The notes under the pieces were generated by a model. The model worked only from the letters and a program-made list of their open reading frames with translations. It searched no databases and had not been told where the DNA came from. Below, one piece after another: positions 9,439 to 19,428 of a stretch of 64,000 nucleotides of DNA. The stretch is from an uncultured delta proteobacterium (GTDB lineage Bacteria > Desulfobacterota > Binatia > Binatales > Binataceae). Positions within the stretch are counted from its first letter, which is position 1, and each line of letters starts with the position of its first letter. Position numbers and translations under genes: made by a program. The stretch spans positions 1,280,001 to 1,344,000 of the forward strand of contig CAWCDG010000004.1 of NCBI GenBank assembly GCA_963794325.1, written 5' to 3'.

Positions 9439-11886
9439 ATGGCTGTTCCTCCACTATCCGAAGTCAACCGCAATCTGTTCAACAAGCTTATCGATCATCA
9501 CATCCGTTTCTCGCTGGCCAAGCTGCGGATCGACTTGTCGAAGCATGACTGGTATCGCGCGACCGCGCTGGTGGTGCGCGACATGCTGGTCGAGAAGATG
9601 CTCGCGACGCGCCTGCGTTTCGATCGCAACAGTTCCAAGAAGCTCTATTATCTCTCGCTCGAATTTCTGATCGGCCGATCGCTCGAGAACAATCTCTTCA
9701 ACCTCGGCATCATCGACACATGCCGCGATTTCCTCGCCGAGAACGGAATCGACCTGCAAATTTTGTTCGACGAGGAACCCGATGCTGCGCTCGGCAATGG
9801 CGGCTTGGGCCGGTTGGCCGCGTGTTTTCTCGATTCGCTGGCGACGCTCGATCTCCCCGGCTACGCCTACGGCATCAATTACGAGTACGGACTGTTCCGC
9901 CAGGAGATTCGCGGCGGCTACCAGGTCGAGCGGCCCGACGCGTGGCAGCGTGAGACCTCGCCATGGCTGGTGGCGCGTCCCGAGCAGTCGTGCAGGATTC
10001 CGGTTTACGGGCGCATCGAGCACCGCATCGACAAGAAGGGCGAATACAATCCGACCTGGGTGGATTGGCGCGTGTTGGTAGGAGTGCCGTCGGATCTGCC
10101 GATCGCGGGATTCGGCGGCCGGACAGTGAACTTCGTGCGCCTGTATTCGGCCGGCGCGTCGGACGAATTCGACATGCAGATCTTCAATGCCGGCGACTAC
10201 ATGAAAGCCGTCGAGCAGAAGATGCTGTCCGAAACCATCTCGAAGGTACTGTATCCTTCCGACGCGGTTGCGGCGGGACGCGAGCTGCGGCTCTTGCAGG
10301 AATATTTCTTCGTCGCATGCGCGGTGCACGACATAGTACAGGGATTCGTCGCTCGCGGTGAAGACTTCACCGATTTTTCATCGCAAGTAGCTATTCAGTT
10401 GAACGACACCCACCCCGCACTGACTATTGCGGAGTTGATGCGCGTTTTTATCGACGAGTATGACCTCGAGTGGCCGATGGCGTGGGAGATCACCCGCAAC
10501 ACAGTCGCATATACTAATCACACACTATTGCCCGAGGCGCTGGAAAAGTGGCCGGTGAGCCTGCTCGAACGAGTCGTGCCGCGCCATCTTCAAATCATCT
10601 ACGAAATCAATCGGAGGTTCATGGCTGATGCCGCGTTGATCTGGAAAGACGATCCCGAACGCCTCAAGCGCGTGTCGATTTTGCAGGAAGGTTACGAAGC
10701 GCAGATCCGAATGGCGCATCTCGCGATCGTCGGCAGCCATTCGGTGAATGGCGTATCGAAGTTGCATAGCGATCTGGTCAAGACCCGGCTGGTGCCCGAC
10801 TTCTATCAACTGTGGCCCGAAAAATTCAGCAACAAGACCAACGGCGTCACGCAGCGGCGATGGCTGTTGATGGCGAATCCGGGTCTGGCAAGTCTGCTCG
10901 ACGCGACGATCGGCGTGGGGTGGAGCACCGACCTCGAGCAGTTAAGGGAGGTCGAAAAATTTGCGGACGACGTCGAGTTTCAACGCCGGTTCAGGGCTAT
11001 CAAGCGCGCCAACAAGGAGCGCCTGGCGAGAATCGTCAATCGAGTCGCCGCCGTGGACGTCGATCCCGCCGCGATGTTCGACATACAGGCCAAGCGCATC
11101 CACGAATACAAGCGTCAGCTCTTGATGGCTCTGGGAGTCGTACATCAGTACCTGCGGATTGTGGATGATGGCGTGGAGTCGCCGGTTCCCCGCACCTACC
11201 TGCTCGCGGGCAAAGCGGCGCCCGGCTATTGGGCGGCGAAGATGATCATCAAGTTGATCAACAGCCTCGGCGAGGTGATCAACAATGATCCGAAGACCCG
11301 CGAATTGATCAAGGTCGCCTTCCTGCCGGACTACCGGGTCTCGCTCGCGGAGAAAATCATTCCCGCCGCCGACCTATCGGAACAGATTTCGACCGCAGGC
11401 CGCGAAGCGTCGGGCACCGGCAACATGAAATTCGCGATGAATGGCGCACTGACCGTGGGAACCCTCGACGGCGCGAACATCGAGATTCGAGAAGCAGTCG
11501 GCGCTGAAAACATTTTCATCTTTGGTCTGACCGCTGAGCAGATCGAAGAACTGACTGTGAAAGGCACCTACCGGCCGCGCGACTACTACGAATCCGACCC
11601 GCGACTGAAGCGAGTGCTCGATGAGCTGGCGTCCGACCGCTTCTGCCCCGCCGAGCCGGGACTGTTCAGATGGGTTCGCGACGTACTAGTCAGTCGCGAT
11701 GACTATTTCCTGATGGCCGATTTCGGTGCATATATCGATATCCAGTCGGCGGTTTCGACTGAGTATCAACATCCGGAGATCTGGACTCGAAAGGCTATAC
11801 TCAATCTGGCGCGGATTGGCTATTTCTCGAGCGACCGCGCAGTTATGGAGTACTCCCGCGAAATCTGGCACCTCGGCCAGGCGTGA
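9439..11886 (+). CDS. glgP: Glycogen/alpha-glucan phosphorylase
   Basis: LGNGGLGRLAACF, QLNDTHP, KRIHEYKRQ, EASGTGNMK PLP-lysine. Confidence 0.98.
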   Translation: MAVPPLSEVNRNLFNKLIDHHIRFSLAKLRIDLSKHDWYRATALVVRDMLVEKMLATRLRFDRNSSKKLYYLSLEFLIGRSLENNLFNLGIIDTCRDFLAENGIDLQILFDEEPDAALGNGGLGRLAACFLDSLATLDLPGYAYGINYEYGLFRQEIRGGYQVERPDAWQRETSPWLVARPEQSCRIPVYGRIEHRIDKKGEYNPTWVDWRVLVGVPSDLPIAGFGGRTVNFVRLYSAGASDEFDMQIFNAGDYMKAVEQKMLSETISKVLYPSDAVAAGRELRLLQEYFFVACAVHDIVQGFVARGEDFTDFSSQVAIQLNDTHPALTIAELMRVFIDEYDLEWPMAWEITRNTVAYTNHTLLPEALEKWPVSLLERVVPRHLQIIYEINRRFMADAALIWKDDPERLKRVSILQEGYEAQIRMAHLAIVGSHSVNGVSKLHSDLVKTRLVPDFYQLWPEKFSNKTNGVTQRRWLLMANPGLASLLDATIGVGWSTDLEQLREVEKFADDVEFQRRFRAIKRANKERLARIVNRVAAVDVDPAAMFDIQAKRIHEYKRQLLMALGVVHQYLRIVDDGVESPVPRTYLLAGKAAPGYWAAKMIIKLINSLGEVINNDPKTRELIKVAFLPDYRVSLAEKIIPAADLSEQISTAGREASGTGNMKFAMNGALTVGTLDGANIEIREAVGAENIFIFGLTAEQIEELTVKGTYRPRDYYESDPRLKRVLDELASDRFCPAEPGLFRWVRDVLVSRDDYFLMADFGAYIDIQSAVSTEYQHPEIWTRKAILNLARIGYFSSDRAVMEYSREIWHLGQA

Positions 11887-11904
11887 TTCGGCGATTATGC
11901 GTCC

Positions 11905-12951
11905 CTACCGGGTAGGAGCGATCGATGAGAGCGCCGCGGCGATCCGATTCCCGAAGTCCAGCGGTGCGCCGGGCCGATAGATAACCTGCATCGACTCGGC
12001 CAGTTTCAGTGTGCCGGCATTGCGCTTCAAAACGCCGCCAATCTCATCGAGATAGGTGGTGAGTCCGGTTGGCGAACGATCCGCGGCGAACTCAACAGGC
12101 GCGCGCTGCGTCATGAACAACAGGCGCTTCAGATCTTCGGCTGCCGCGGGGTGACTCGTGCAGAGTTCCTGGTAGCGATCAGGGCTTCGAAAATAATCCC
12201 AGGCTTTCTCATCCGGGATTGCGAATCTCAAATCTGCGCTGAAGTCCATGCGGAGGCATGGAACGCCTTGCGCGGCGCAGACCTCACCGACCTTGGCCGG
12301 AGGATCGTCAATCGCGACCGCGGGCGTATTGCTGTGGGCCGCCGCCGCGGAGTTGCTGCCATAGCGCGCGCGAAAGTCCTGGAAACTGGCTGGCACTTTG
12401 GCGAGATGATAGAGGATGCCGATACCGTCGTCGGCCAATACATTTTGCGTGACGTCGTCGATCAGGCGCTCGGTACTTCCGGGAGTTTCGCAGTGATACA
12501 GCACGTGCGACGCGAACACGATTTGAAACTCGCGCGGCCGCGCCGGCACGTTATGCGTCCCGAGCAGTCCCAGTAGATGTCCCGCAAACGAATCACCGGC
12601 ATGCGCCGAAAAATCGACGAGCTTGAGCGTGCCTGCGGATTGCGCCGCCGCGAGAGTCGCCAGCGCTTCGCCATTGTGTTCGTCGGTGTACTCAGAACTG
12701 TAGTCGGTCGCTCGGACCTTGAAGCCCGGATCGAACTTCACACCCGTCAAATATTTCACCAATGTATCGCATGGCCCGCTTCCGATGTCGGCAACGGTGA
12801 TCGGCGCGCTTCCTGTGAGCACGAGGTCCGCATCGGCGAGCATATTCAGAAACGCGGCGTTGATGCGCGCGGTTTTTTCCTTCTCGTCAGTGGCCGCCTT
12901 GAACGACGGGTAGATCTCTTCATATCGATACGTGTCGATCGTTATGCTCAT
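11905..12951 (-). CDS. Class I SAM-dependent methyltransferase-like protein
   Basis: VADIGSGPCD motif I, FQIVFASHVLYH motif; start uncertain. Confidence 0.7.
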   Translation of the reverse strand: MSITIDTYRYEEIYPSFKAATDEKEKTARINAAFLNMLADADLVLTGSAPITVADIGSGPCDTLVKYLTGVKFDPGFKVRATDYSSEYTDEHNGEALATLAAAQSAGTLKLVDFSAHAGDSFAGHLLGLLGTHNVPARPREFQIVFASHVLYHCETPGSTERLIDDVTQNVLADDGIGILYHLAKVPASFQDFRARYGSNSAAAAHSNTPAVAIDDPPAKVGEVCAAQGVPCLRMDFSADLRFAIPDEKAWDYFRSPDRYQELCTSHPAAAEDLKRLLFMTQRAPVEFAADRSPTGLTTYLDEIGGVLKRNAGTLKLAESMQVIYRPGAPLDFGNRIAAALSSIAPTR

Positions 12952-13000
12952 TGTTGTTTGACGATAGCGATCCAATGGCGCAAATTCCATCGAGTCTGTC

Positions 13001-13561
13001 ATGACCGTCGAACAGTGGATCGATCTGAGATGCCATCCCTCGACACGCACTGAGATGGTGCGCGCCGTTCGGGTGCTGGTGCGTCGCTCGCCAACCGCTG
13101 AACTCCAGATGACTTTTCGCCTCGACGGAGATATTCGACGAATTCAGGTCCCTTCGCCGAGCGTGCCGCGCATCGGCGCCGAACTTTGGCGCCGCACCTG
13201 CTTCGAGGCCTTCGTCGCGATGGAAGGCATACCCGCGTACCACGAATTCAATTTCGCGCCGTCGGGGGAGTGGTGTATCTACGCCTTATCCGGATATCGC
13301 AACGGCGGTCCTCTAACTGACGAAACGATGCGCCCGCACATCGCGATGCGTTCCACCAGTACTCGGCTCGAACTCGACGCCATCGTCCGGCTCGATAGTC
13401 TGTCTTCTGTCCACCCGCGTGCTGTGCTGAGGGTCGGGCTGTCGGCGGTCATCGAGGCCAGCGACGGCCTCTCGTACTGGGCGCTTCAGCATCCGGCTGA
13501 CAAACCGGATTTTCACAATGCCGACGGATTCGCGCTCGTGCTTGAACCGCCCGCGCAATGA
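13001..13561 (+). CDS. DOMON-like domain protein
   Basis: ELWRRTCFEAF, YHEFNFAPSGEW, SYWALQHP..KPDFH. Confidence 0.85.
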   Translation: MTVEQWIDLRCHPSTRTEMVRAVRVLVRRSPTAELQMTFRLDGDIRRIQVPSPSVPRIGAELWRRTCFEAFVAMEGIPAYHEFNFAPSGEWCIYALSGYRNGGPLTDETMRPHIAMRSTSTRLELDAIVRLDSLSSVHPRAVLRVGLSAVIEASDGLSYWALQHPADKPDFHNADGFALVLEPPAQ

Positions 13562-14286
13562 AGCACGCGCAACCACGAAGTCTCAGCCGCCGGCGCGTCG
13601 AGCAGCTTCTCGCGAAAAAGACGCATGCCGATTCTGTAACTCGCCGAATTGAGCTTCTCTCCAGCGAGTTGCTTGGACGCCCCTATAAGCCAAATCCGCT
13701 CGTCGGATCGGCAGACACCGCCGAAGTATTCACCGCGTCTCTCGACGGATTCGATTGCGTCACCTACCTCGAAACCGTCGTGGCGCTCGCTCGCGCTTCC
13801 AGCGTCGATGATTTCATCCAGTGGCTGCGAAAGATTCGTTATGAGCAAGGCCGCGTTCAATGGGGCCGGCGCAATCACTATATGACGGGCTGGATTCGCA
13901 ACAATGTGCGCAACGGAATACTCGAGCCGGTGTCGATGCCGGCTGTCCCGACCGTCATCAAGAAGCGCGTACCGAATGTCGTAGCTGGACTCGCTCCGCA
14001 GCGGACCCGCATCAAATGTGTACCGAAGGCGGCAATGCCTCGAGTTGAAAAATATTTGCAAACCGGTGATTTGATATTTTTTGCATCGACCCGCAAGCAT
14101 CTCGACGTGTTTCATGCTGGAATCATCGTGCGCGATGACGAGAAAATTCTCATGCGACACGCGTCGCGCAGCCACGGCTCTGTCGTGGAGCAGAAGTTGA
14201 GCGAGTTCCTCAAGGCAAATCGCATGGCCGGCGTCATCGTCATGCGTCCGCGAGAGTTGTCGCGCAGGATTGCGATCAGTAGCTAA
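13558..14286 (+). CDS. DUF1460 / N-acetylmuramoyl-L-alanine amidase-like (NlpC/P60 fold)
   Basis: LLGRPY, FDCVTYLE catalytic Cys, RNHY, LDVFHAG, MRHAS; ATGA overlap with upstream gene. Confidence 0.85.
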   Translation: MKHAQPRSLSRRRVEQLLAKKTHADSVTRRIELLSSELLGRPYKPNPLVGSADTAEVFTASLDGFDCVTYLETVVALARASSVDDFIQWLRKIRYEQGRVQWGRRNHYMTGWIRNNVRNGILEPVSMPAVPTVIKKRVPNVVAGLAPQRTRIKCVPKAAMPRVEKYLQTGDLIFFASTRKHLDVFHAGIIVRDDEKILMRHASRSHGSVVEQKLSEFLKANRMAGVIVMRPRELSRRIAISS

Positions 14287-14307
14287 GATGAAGCGGCGTG
14301 GTGGAAT

Positions 14308-15579
14308 GTGAAACTGGTCTATCCAAAGGACTACTCGAGCGCCAGCATTCAACAACTCCTCGACGCGGCCGATTCCGATGTGCTCTTTATCGGCGATCCG
14401 CGTCTAAGCATCGATGCCGGACCGCGCATGTTCGATCGTATCGCGCAGGTCATCCGCGAGACTGGCGCCGGCTGGGTTTATTCCGACGCGGCCGGTCATC
14501 CTCGTATCGACTATCAACGCGGGAGCATCCGCGACGGGTTCGACTTCGGGCCGGTGGTTGGCGTGTCGGTGCAAGCAGCGCGTCAATCGGGAATGGAGAG
14601 CGCCTGGAAATGGGGAGCCTTATACGATCTGCGATTAAGGATTTCGGAGAAACACGCAATCGTGCGGATTCCCGAGCCCTTGTACAGCGCGTCGATGGTT
14701 GATGCGCGGCCGACCGGTGAAAAGCAATTCGACTATGTAAATCCGCGCAATCGCGACTACCAAATCGAAATGGAACGCATCGCGACGGCGCACCTCAAAC
14801 GAATCGGCGCATGGTTGCAGCCGCAGTTCGACGAGATTCCAGTTGCTGAAACGATGCCGGTAAAAGCCAGCGTTGTGATCCCGGTTCGAAATCGCGAACG
14901 GACAATTCTCGAGGCCGTTCAAAGCGCGCTGGTCCAGCGCACGGATTTCGAATTCAACGTGATCGTCGTTGATAACCATTCGACCGATCGGACGACAGAA
15001 ATTCTGCGCGGCATCAGCGACTCACGGGTTAAACACATCACTCCCGAACGGCGCGACTTGGGAATCGGCGGATGCTGGAACGAGGCGATCTACTCCAGGC
15101 ACTGCGGACAATACGCGATCCAACTTGATTCCGACGACCTATACGCCAATGACATTGTCCTACGCCGGATAGTTAAGGAACTTGAGGCGGGGCCTTATGC
15201 TATGGTCATAGGATCCTATACGATGGTCGATTTTTCATTAAAGGAGATTCCGCCCGGTCTTATCGACCATCGCGAGTGGACTCGCGACAACGGAAGAAAC
15301 AATGCGCTGCGCGTCAATGGCCTCGGCGCACCTCGCGCATTCAATACGTCGGTTCTGCGCGGCATAGGATTTCCGAACGTTAGTTATGGCGAGGACTATG
15401 CAGTAGCATTGCGCATCAGCCGCGATTACGAGATCGGGCGCATCTACGAATCTCTCTATCTTTGCCGCCGATGGGAAGGCAATAGCGATAGCGCACTGCC
15501 GTTCGAAGTCGCGAATCGATACGACCTATACAAGGATTGGCTTCGAACGATCGAGATTCAGGCTCGAATCCAACGATGA
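14308..15579 (+). CDS. Family 2 glycosyltransferase (Bacteroidota-like two-domain type)
   Basis: SVVIPVRNRE, VVDNHSTD, QLDSDD, YGEDY, GEKQFDYVNPRNR. Confidence 0.92.
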   Translation: MKLVYPKDYSSASIQQLLDAADSDVLFIGDPRLSIDAGPRMFDRIAQVIRETGAGWVYSDAAGHPRIDYQRGSIRDGFDFGPVVGVSVQAARQSGMESAWKWGALYDLRLRISEKHAIVRIPEPLYSASMVDARPTGEKQFDYVNPRNRDYQIEMERIATAHLKRIGAWLQPQFDEIPVAETMPVKASVVIPVRNRERTILEAVQSALVQRTDFEFNVIVVDNHSTDRTTEILRGISDSRVKHITPERRDLGIGGCWNEAIYSRHCGQYAIQLDSDDLYANDIVLRRIVKELEAGPYAMVIGSYTMVDFSLKEIPPGLIDHREWTRDNGRNNALRVNGLGAPRAFNTSVLRGIGFPNVSYGEDYAVALRISRDYEIGRIYESLYLCRRWEGNSDSALPFEVANRYDLYKDWLRTIEIQARIQR

Positions 15580-16475
15580 CCCACAAAGTAGAAGAACTAT
15601 TTAAACGCCAACTGCGCGCATGGCCGCAGCTCGAGAAAGGCGTTGAAGGTCTCGCGCGGGCGACGACTCGGCCGGTTAGGATCGATTGGTTCGACGTCTT
15701 CGTTCGCCACATCGCACATCGTAAGGCTAGCACTACCGCGCCGGTAGACCAGGAGTCGATTGCGAAACGTCCCTGCTTCCTATGCGCGTCCAACCTACCG
15801 AAGGAAGAGGAGGGCGTACGGTTCGATGAGAACTTCACGATCTATTGCAATCCGTTTCCAATCGTAGAACGTCACGTGACGATCGCTCACAAAGAGCACA
15901 CCCCGCAGCGCATCGCGAACCACTTCGGAAATATGCTCAACCTTGCAGCAGCTCTGCCAGGATATTTCGTCATCTATAACGGTCCCGAATGCGGCGCGTC
16001 CGCACCAGACCACATGCACTTTCAGGCAGGCTCGCGAGTGTTGTTTCCGATCGAGAAGGACACTGCGGGATTAACCGGTGTCGCCGTCGCGAACTACGCA
16101 CGAAACGTGTTGTTATTCCGCGGACGCGATCGATCCGCATTGATCGATCGAATGGATCGCGCCATCAGTCTGCTCACAGAAATCACTACCACCAGCAAAC
16201 ACCCAGAACCGATGGTCAACATCGCGGTCTTTCAAGAAAGAGGGGAATGGGTCATCTATTTGTTTCCGCGATCGAAGCATCGGCCGGAGGTCTTTTCCAC
16301 GGGCGAACTAACGGTCAGTCCCGCGTCGATTGATTTGTGCGGAATATTTGTCGTGCCGCTGGCACAGGACTTCGAAAGAATCACCGGCGACGACATTGCC
16401 GCAATTTATCGCGAGGTCACCTTGGGTCACGATCAGTTTCAGGAAATCGTCGGCAAGCTGGAGAATGAACGTTGA
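15576..16475 (+). CDS. DUF4922 domain protein (HIT/GalT-like nucleotidyltransferase/phosphorylase)
   Basis: RPCFLC, NPFPI, YNGPECGASAPDHMHFQ (HxHxQ). Confidence 0.88.
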   Translation: MTHKVEELFKRQLRAWPQLEKGVEGLARATTRPVRIDWFDVFVRHIAHRKASTTAPVDQESIAKRPCFLCASNLPKEEEGVRFDENFTIYCNPFPIVERHVTIAHKEHTPQRIANHFGNMLNLAAALPGYFVIYNGPECGASAPDHMHFQAGSRVLFPIEKDTAGLTGVAVANYARNVLLFRGRDRSALIDRMDRAISLLTEITTTSKHPEPMVNIAVFQERGEWVIYLFPRSKHRPEVFSTGELTVSPASIDLCGIFVVPLAQDFERITGDDIAAIYREVTLGHDQFQEIVGKLENER

Positions 16476-17701
16476 ACGTATCGGTAGGACTGATCGAAGG
16501 ACAATCTGCCGTCGACGTCGAATTGACTGGCACCTTTACGGATGTTGTCGGCAAGCTTTACAAGCCCGGACGACACAGACTTACTTCTGAGGTCACACTT
16601 ATTCCGTCGGACGCGGAATCGTGCTCGTTCGCGCTGGACGAGGTCACGATCGGAGTCGGATTTCATTGGGAGCGCAAGGAGCGTCAGGTCTTTTTAGGGG
16701 CTTTTCGCGTCGTGAAGAGGGAAGCTGAGCTGACGGTGATTAACGAGGTCGCGCTCGAAGACTACGTCACGAGCGTGATTTCATCCGAGATGAGTGCAAG
16801 CTGTCCGCTCGAATTGCTGAAAGCTCACGCGGTGATTTCGCGAAGCTGGCTCTGGTACCCTAAAGCAAATTCCTCTCACCCTGCGCGGGGACAGACCCAA
16901 AGTGCCGACACTCACGAAATCCTTCGATGGTACGGCCGCGAAGCGCATCCGGATTTCGACGTATGCGCCGACGACCACTGCCAGCGCTATCAGGGCATCA
17001 CGAAAGCATTCTCTCCAGCGGCAGCCGAAGCAGTTCGCGCAACGGCCGGCGAGTTTCTCCGTTACAACGGCGCTATCTGCGACGCACGATTTTCGAAATG
17101 CTGTGGCGGAATTACCGAGCGCTATTCGACCGCCTGGGAAGACGAGGATATTCCCTATCTTGAATCAATCTACGACGGTCCGGCGCAGTCTCGCGCTGAG
17201 AGTCCTGAGACATGGATAGGTTCCGCGCCATCGGCTTACTGCGATACCAAGGATTTGGAGCTCCTATCACGGGTTCTTCCGGGGTTCGATCAGGAGACTC
17301 GCGATTTTTATCGATGGCAGGTCGCTTACACTTCCGAAGAACTCGCGGAGCTGATTCAATCCAGGCTGGGCGTGGATCTAGGTCCCATTCGCGAGCTACA
17401 CGCCCTTGCGCGCGGACCTTCAGGCCGAATATATCGGCTAAAGGTCACCGGTGAACGGGACTACATCATCATAGGTAAGGAGCTGGAAATTCGCCGAGCT
17501 CTATCAAGCACGCATCTGTATAGCTCTGCATTCGTCGTCGAGAAGGAACCTAATCGCATCGTCCTAAGAGGAGCAGGATGGGGCCACGGCGTAGGCCTAT
17601 GCCAAATCGGCGCGGCAGTCATGGCAAACGATGGCAAGACCTACACAGAAATCCTGCAGCACTACTACCGTGGGACCACTATCAGCGGAGTATCCGCTTG
17701 A
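16472..17701 (+). CDS. SpoIID/LytB domain protein (lytic transglycosylase-like)
   Basis: LEDYVTSVISSEM, LKAHAVISR, CADDHCQRYQG, GAGWGHGVGLCQIGA. Confidence 0.93.
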   Translation: MNVSVGLIEGQSAVDVELTGTFTDVVGKLYKPGRHRLTSEVTLIPSDAESCSFALDEVTIGVGFHWERKERQVFLGAFRVVKREAELTVINEVALEDYVTSVISSEMSASCPLELLKAHAVISRSWLWYPKANSSHPARGQTQSADTHEILRWYGREAHPDFDVCADDHCQRYQGITKAFSPAAAEAVRATAGEFLRYNGAICDARFSKCCGGITERYSTAWEDEDIPYLESIYDGPAQSRAESPETWIGSAPSAYCDTKDLELLSRVLPGFDQETRDFYRWQVAYTSEELAELIQSRLGVDLGPIRELHALARGPSGRIYRLKVTGERDYIIIGKELEIRRALSSTHLYSSAFVVEKEPNRIVLRGAGWGHGVGLCQIGAAVMANDGKTYTEILQHYYRGTTISGVSA

Positions 17702-17715
17702 CTGGATCAAGATAT

Positions 17716-17727
17716 TTGCATATACAA
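17716..17727. promoter_or_regulatory. Putative MarR operator (autoregulatory)
   Basis: TTGCATATACAA, 1 mismatch to palindrome TTGTATATACAA, just upstream of the marR ATG. Confidence 0.6.
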
Positions 17728-17736
17728 TGGTTGCGC

Positions 17737-18162
17737 ATGGTCGAAACGTTTAAAGGAATCGAAGGCGTATGTGTCGGCGGATGCGTGCGCAAGCTGAATC
17801 GGATGGTCACGGCTATCTATGATGGCGCACTGGCGGGTGCGGGATTGAAGACCAGCCAGTTCAGCGTGCTGGTCGCGGTGGCCAATCGCGGCAAAGCCAG
17901 ACCCGCGGAGTTGACCGAATTGCTGCAGATGGACGAATCGACACTGAGCCGCAACGTCGAGCGGATGTGCGCGAGGGGCTGGCTGCGGCTGGAACGGAAC
18001 GAGGACCGCCGAAGTCATCTGATCGAAGTAACCGACAAGGGCCAGGCGTTGATTCGCAAATGCCTGCCCGCCTGGCGGCAAGCTCAAGCAGAAGTCAGCA
18101 AGCGATTGGGGACGGGCACCGTCGCAGAGTTACGGTCCGCGCTGCGCAAGCTGAGCGCCTGA
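17737..18162 (+). CDS. MarR family regulator
   Basis: C...RKLNRMVTAIYD, MDESTLSRNV, EDRRS..VTDKG winged HTH. Confidence 0.92.
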   Translation: MVETFKGIEGVCVGGCVRKLNRMVTAIYDGALAGAGLKTSQFSVLVAVANRGKARPAELTELLQMDESTLSRNVERMCARGWLRLERNEDRRSHLIEVTDKGQALIRKCLPAWRQAQAEVSKRLGTGTVAELRSALRKLSA

Positions 18163-18182
18163 AATATTTTTTTGGTCTGACT

Positions 18183-18196
18183 CTTGTATATACAAG
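18183..18196. promoter_or_regulatory. Putative MarR operator
   Basis: Perfect palindrome CTTGTATATACAAG upstream of the efflux genes. Confidence 0.7.
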
Positions 18197-18213
18197 CGTT
18201 AGGGTCCAGAAAA

Positions 18214-19428
18214 ATGAGCAATACTATCCAAAACGGCGACGAATTCTCATTCGCGAACGGCCAAAGTACTCGCGATTTGCGAGACAACCCGGGTGCCGCT
18301 CAGCATGACCTCGAAGGTCTGCGCGAACGCGCAGATTCGAATGGCGGATTGGAAGCCCTGCGTAGGGATTCGGACCAGGATCTCGAACGGCGCATCGATT
18401 TGCCCGCCGGAGTCGACGGAAAGCCCGGCGCTTCCGGTGGAGGCCCGTGGTATCGGCGCATCAGCAAACGAGCTCTGCTGGCGGCGATGCTGATTCTCGC
18501 GATCGCAGCGATTTCACCGTTGGCGGGGAACTACCTGGAGTCGTACGAATCCACCGACGACGCGCAAATCGACGGCCATATCGATCCACTTAGCTCACGC
18601 ATCAACGGGACCGTCATCAGCGTCCACGTCGAGAATAACGATCGTGTGAAAGCCGGCGAGCTGCTGGTCGAGATCGATCCGCGCGATTACGAGGTCGCAG
18701 TGGCGCAGGCCAAGGCGCGGCTGGAACTGGCAGCGGCGCAGGTCGCTTCGGCGAAGCAGGACTACGCCGCATCGCAGGCGAACGTTCGGGAAGACGACGC
18801 GGATAATTTCAGGGCGCAGCGGGACGCGCAGCGATTTTCTTCCCTGCTCGATCAGCAGGTGGTGGCGCAGAACGAATACGATCAGTACACCGCGGTCGCG
18901 CGCGTCGATGCGGCCAAAGTCGATTCCGCGCGCGAGGCCGCAGGCTCCGCGCTCAAGACTATCGCGGCCCGCGAGGCGGACGCCGATGCGGCGAAGGCCG
19001 CCCTCGATCAGGCGCTGCTCAACCTCAGCTATACGAAAATCTACGCTCCCGCTAACGGCATCGTCGGCCGACGCACCGTCGAGCTTGGCTCGCGAATCGA
19101 ACCCGGACAGACGCTGATGTTCGTGACCGAGACCGACGAGATCTGGGTGACCGCAGACTTCAAGGAGACCCAACTCGCGCGGATGCATCGCGGCGAGAAA
19201 GTCACAATCCACGTCGATACTTTCGGCCGCGACTACACCGGCTGGGTCAGGAACCTGCCCGGTGCGAGCGGCGATCGCTTCAGCCTGCTGCCCGCCGAGA
19301 ACGCGACCGGCAACTACGTGAAGGTGGTGCAGCGCCTGCCGGTGCGAATCGAATTCGATCCCGGCCAGGATCCCGAGCATGCGCTGCATCCCGGAATGTC
19401 GGTGGAGCCTTCGGTATGGCTGCGATAG
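18214..19428 (+). CDS. HlyD/EmrA family efflux membrane fusion protein
   Basis: ESTDDAQIDG, ADFKETQL, FSLLPAENATGNYVKVVQRLPVRI; start uncertain. Confidence 0.93.
   Translation: MSNTIQNGDEFSFANGQSTRDLRDNPGAAQHDLEGLRERADSNGGLEALRRDSDQDLERRIDLPAGVDGKPGASGGGPWYRRISKRALLAAMLILAIAAISPLAGNYLESYESTDDAQIDGHIDPLSSRINGTVISVHVENNDRVKAGELLVEIDPRDYEVAVAQAKARLELAAAQVASAKQDYAASQANVREDDADNFRAQRDAQRFSSLLDQQVVAQNEYDQYTAVARVDAAKVDSAREAAGSALKTIAAREADADAAKAALDQALLNLSYTKIYAPANGIVGRRTVELGSRIEPGQTLMFVTETDEIWVTADFKETQLARMHRGEKVTIHVDTFGRDYTGWVRNLPGASGDRFSLLPAENATGNYVKVVQRLPVRIEFDPGQDPEHALHPGMSVEPSVWLR

Noticed and set aside
16465-16480. 7-bp tandem TGAACGT suggesting a frameshift at the spoIID start
   Set aside because: TTG start overlapping the upstream TGA gives an intact, coupled ORF
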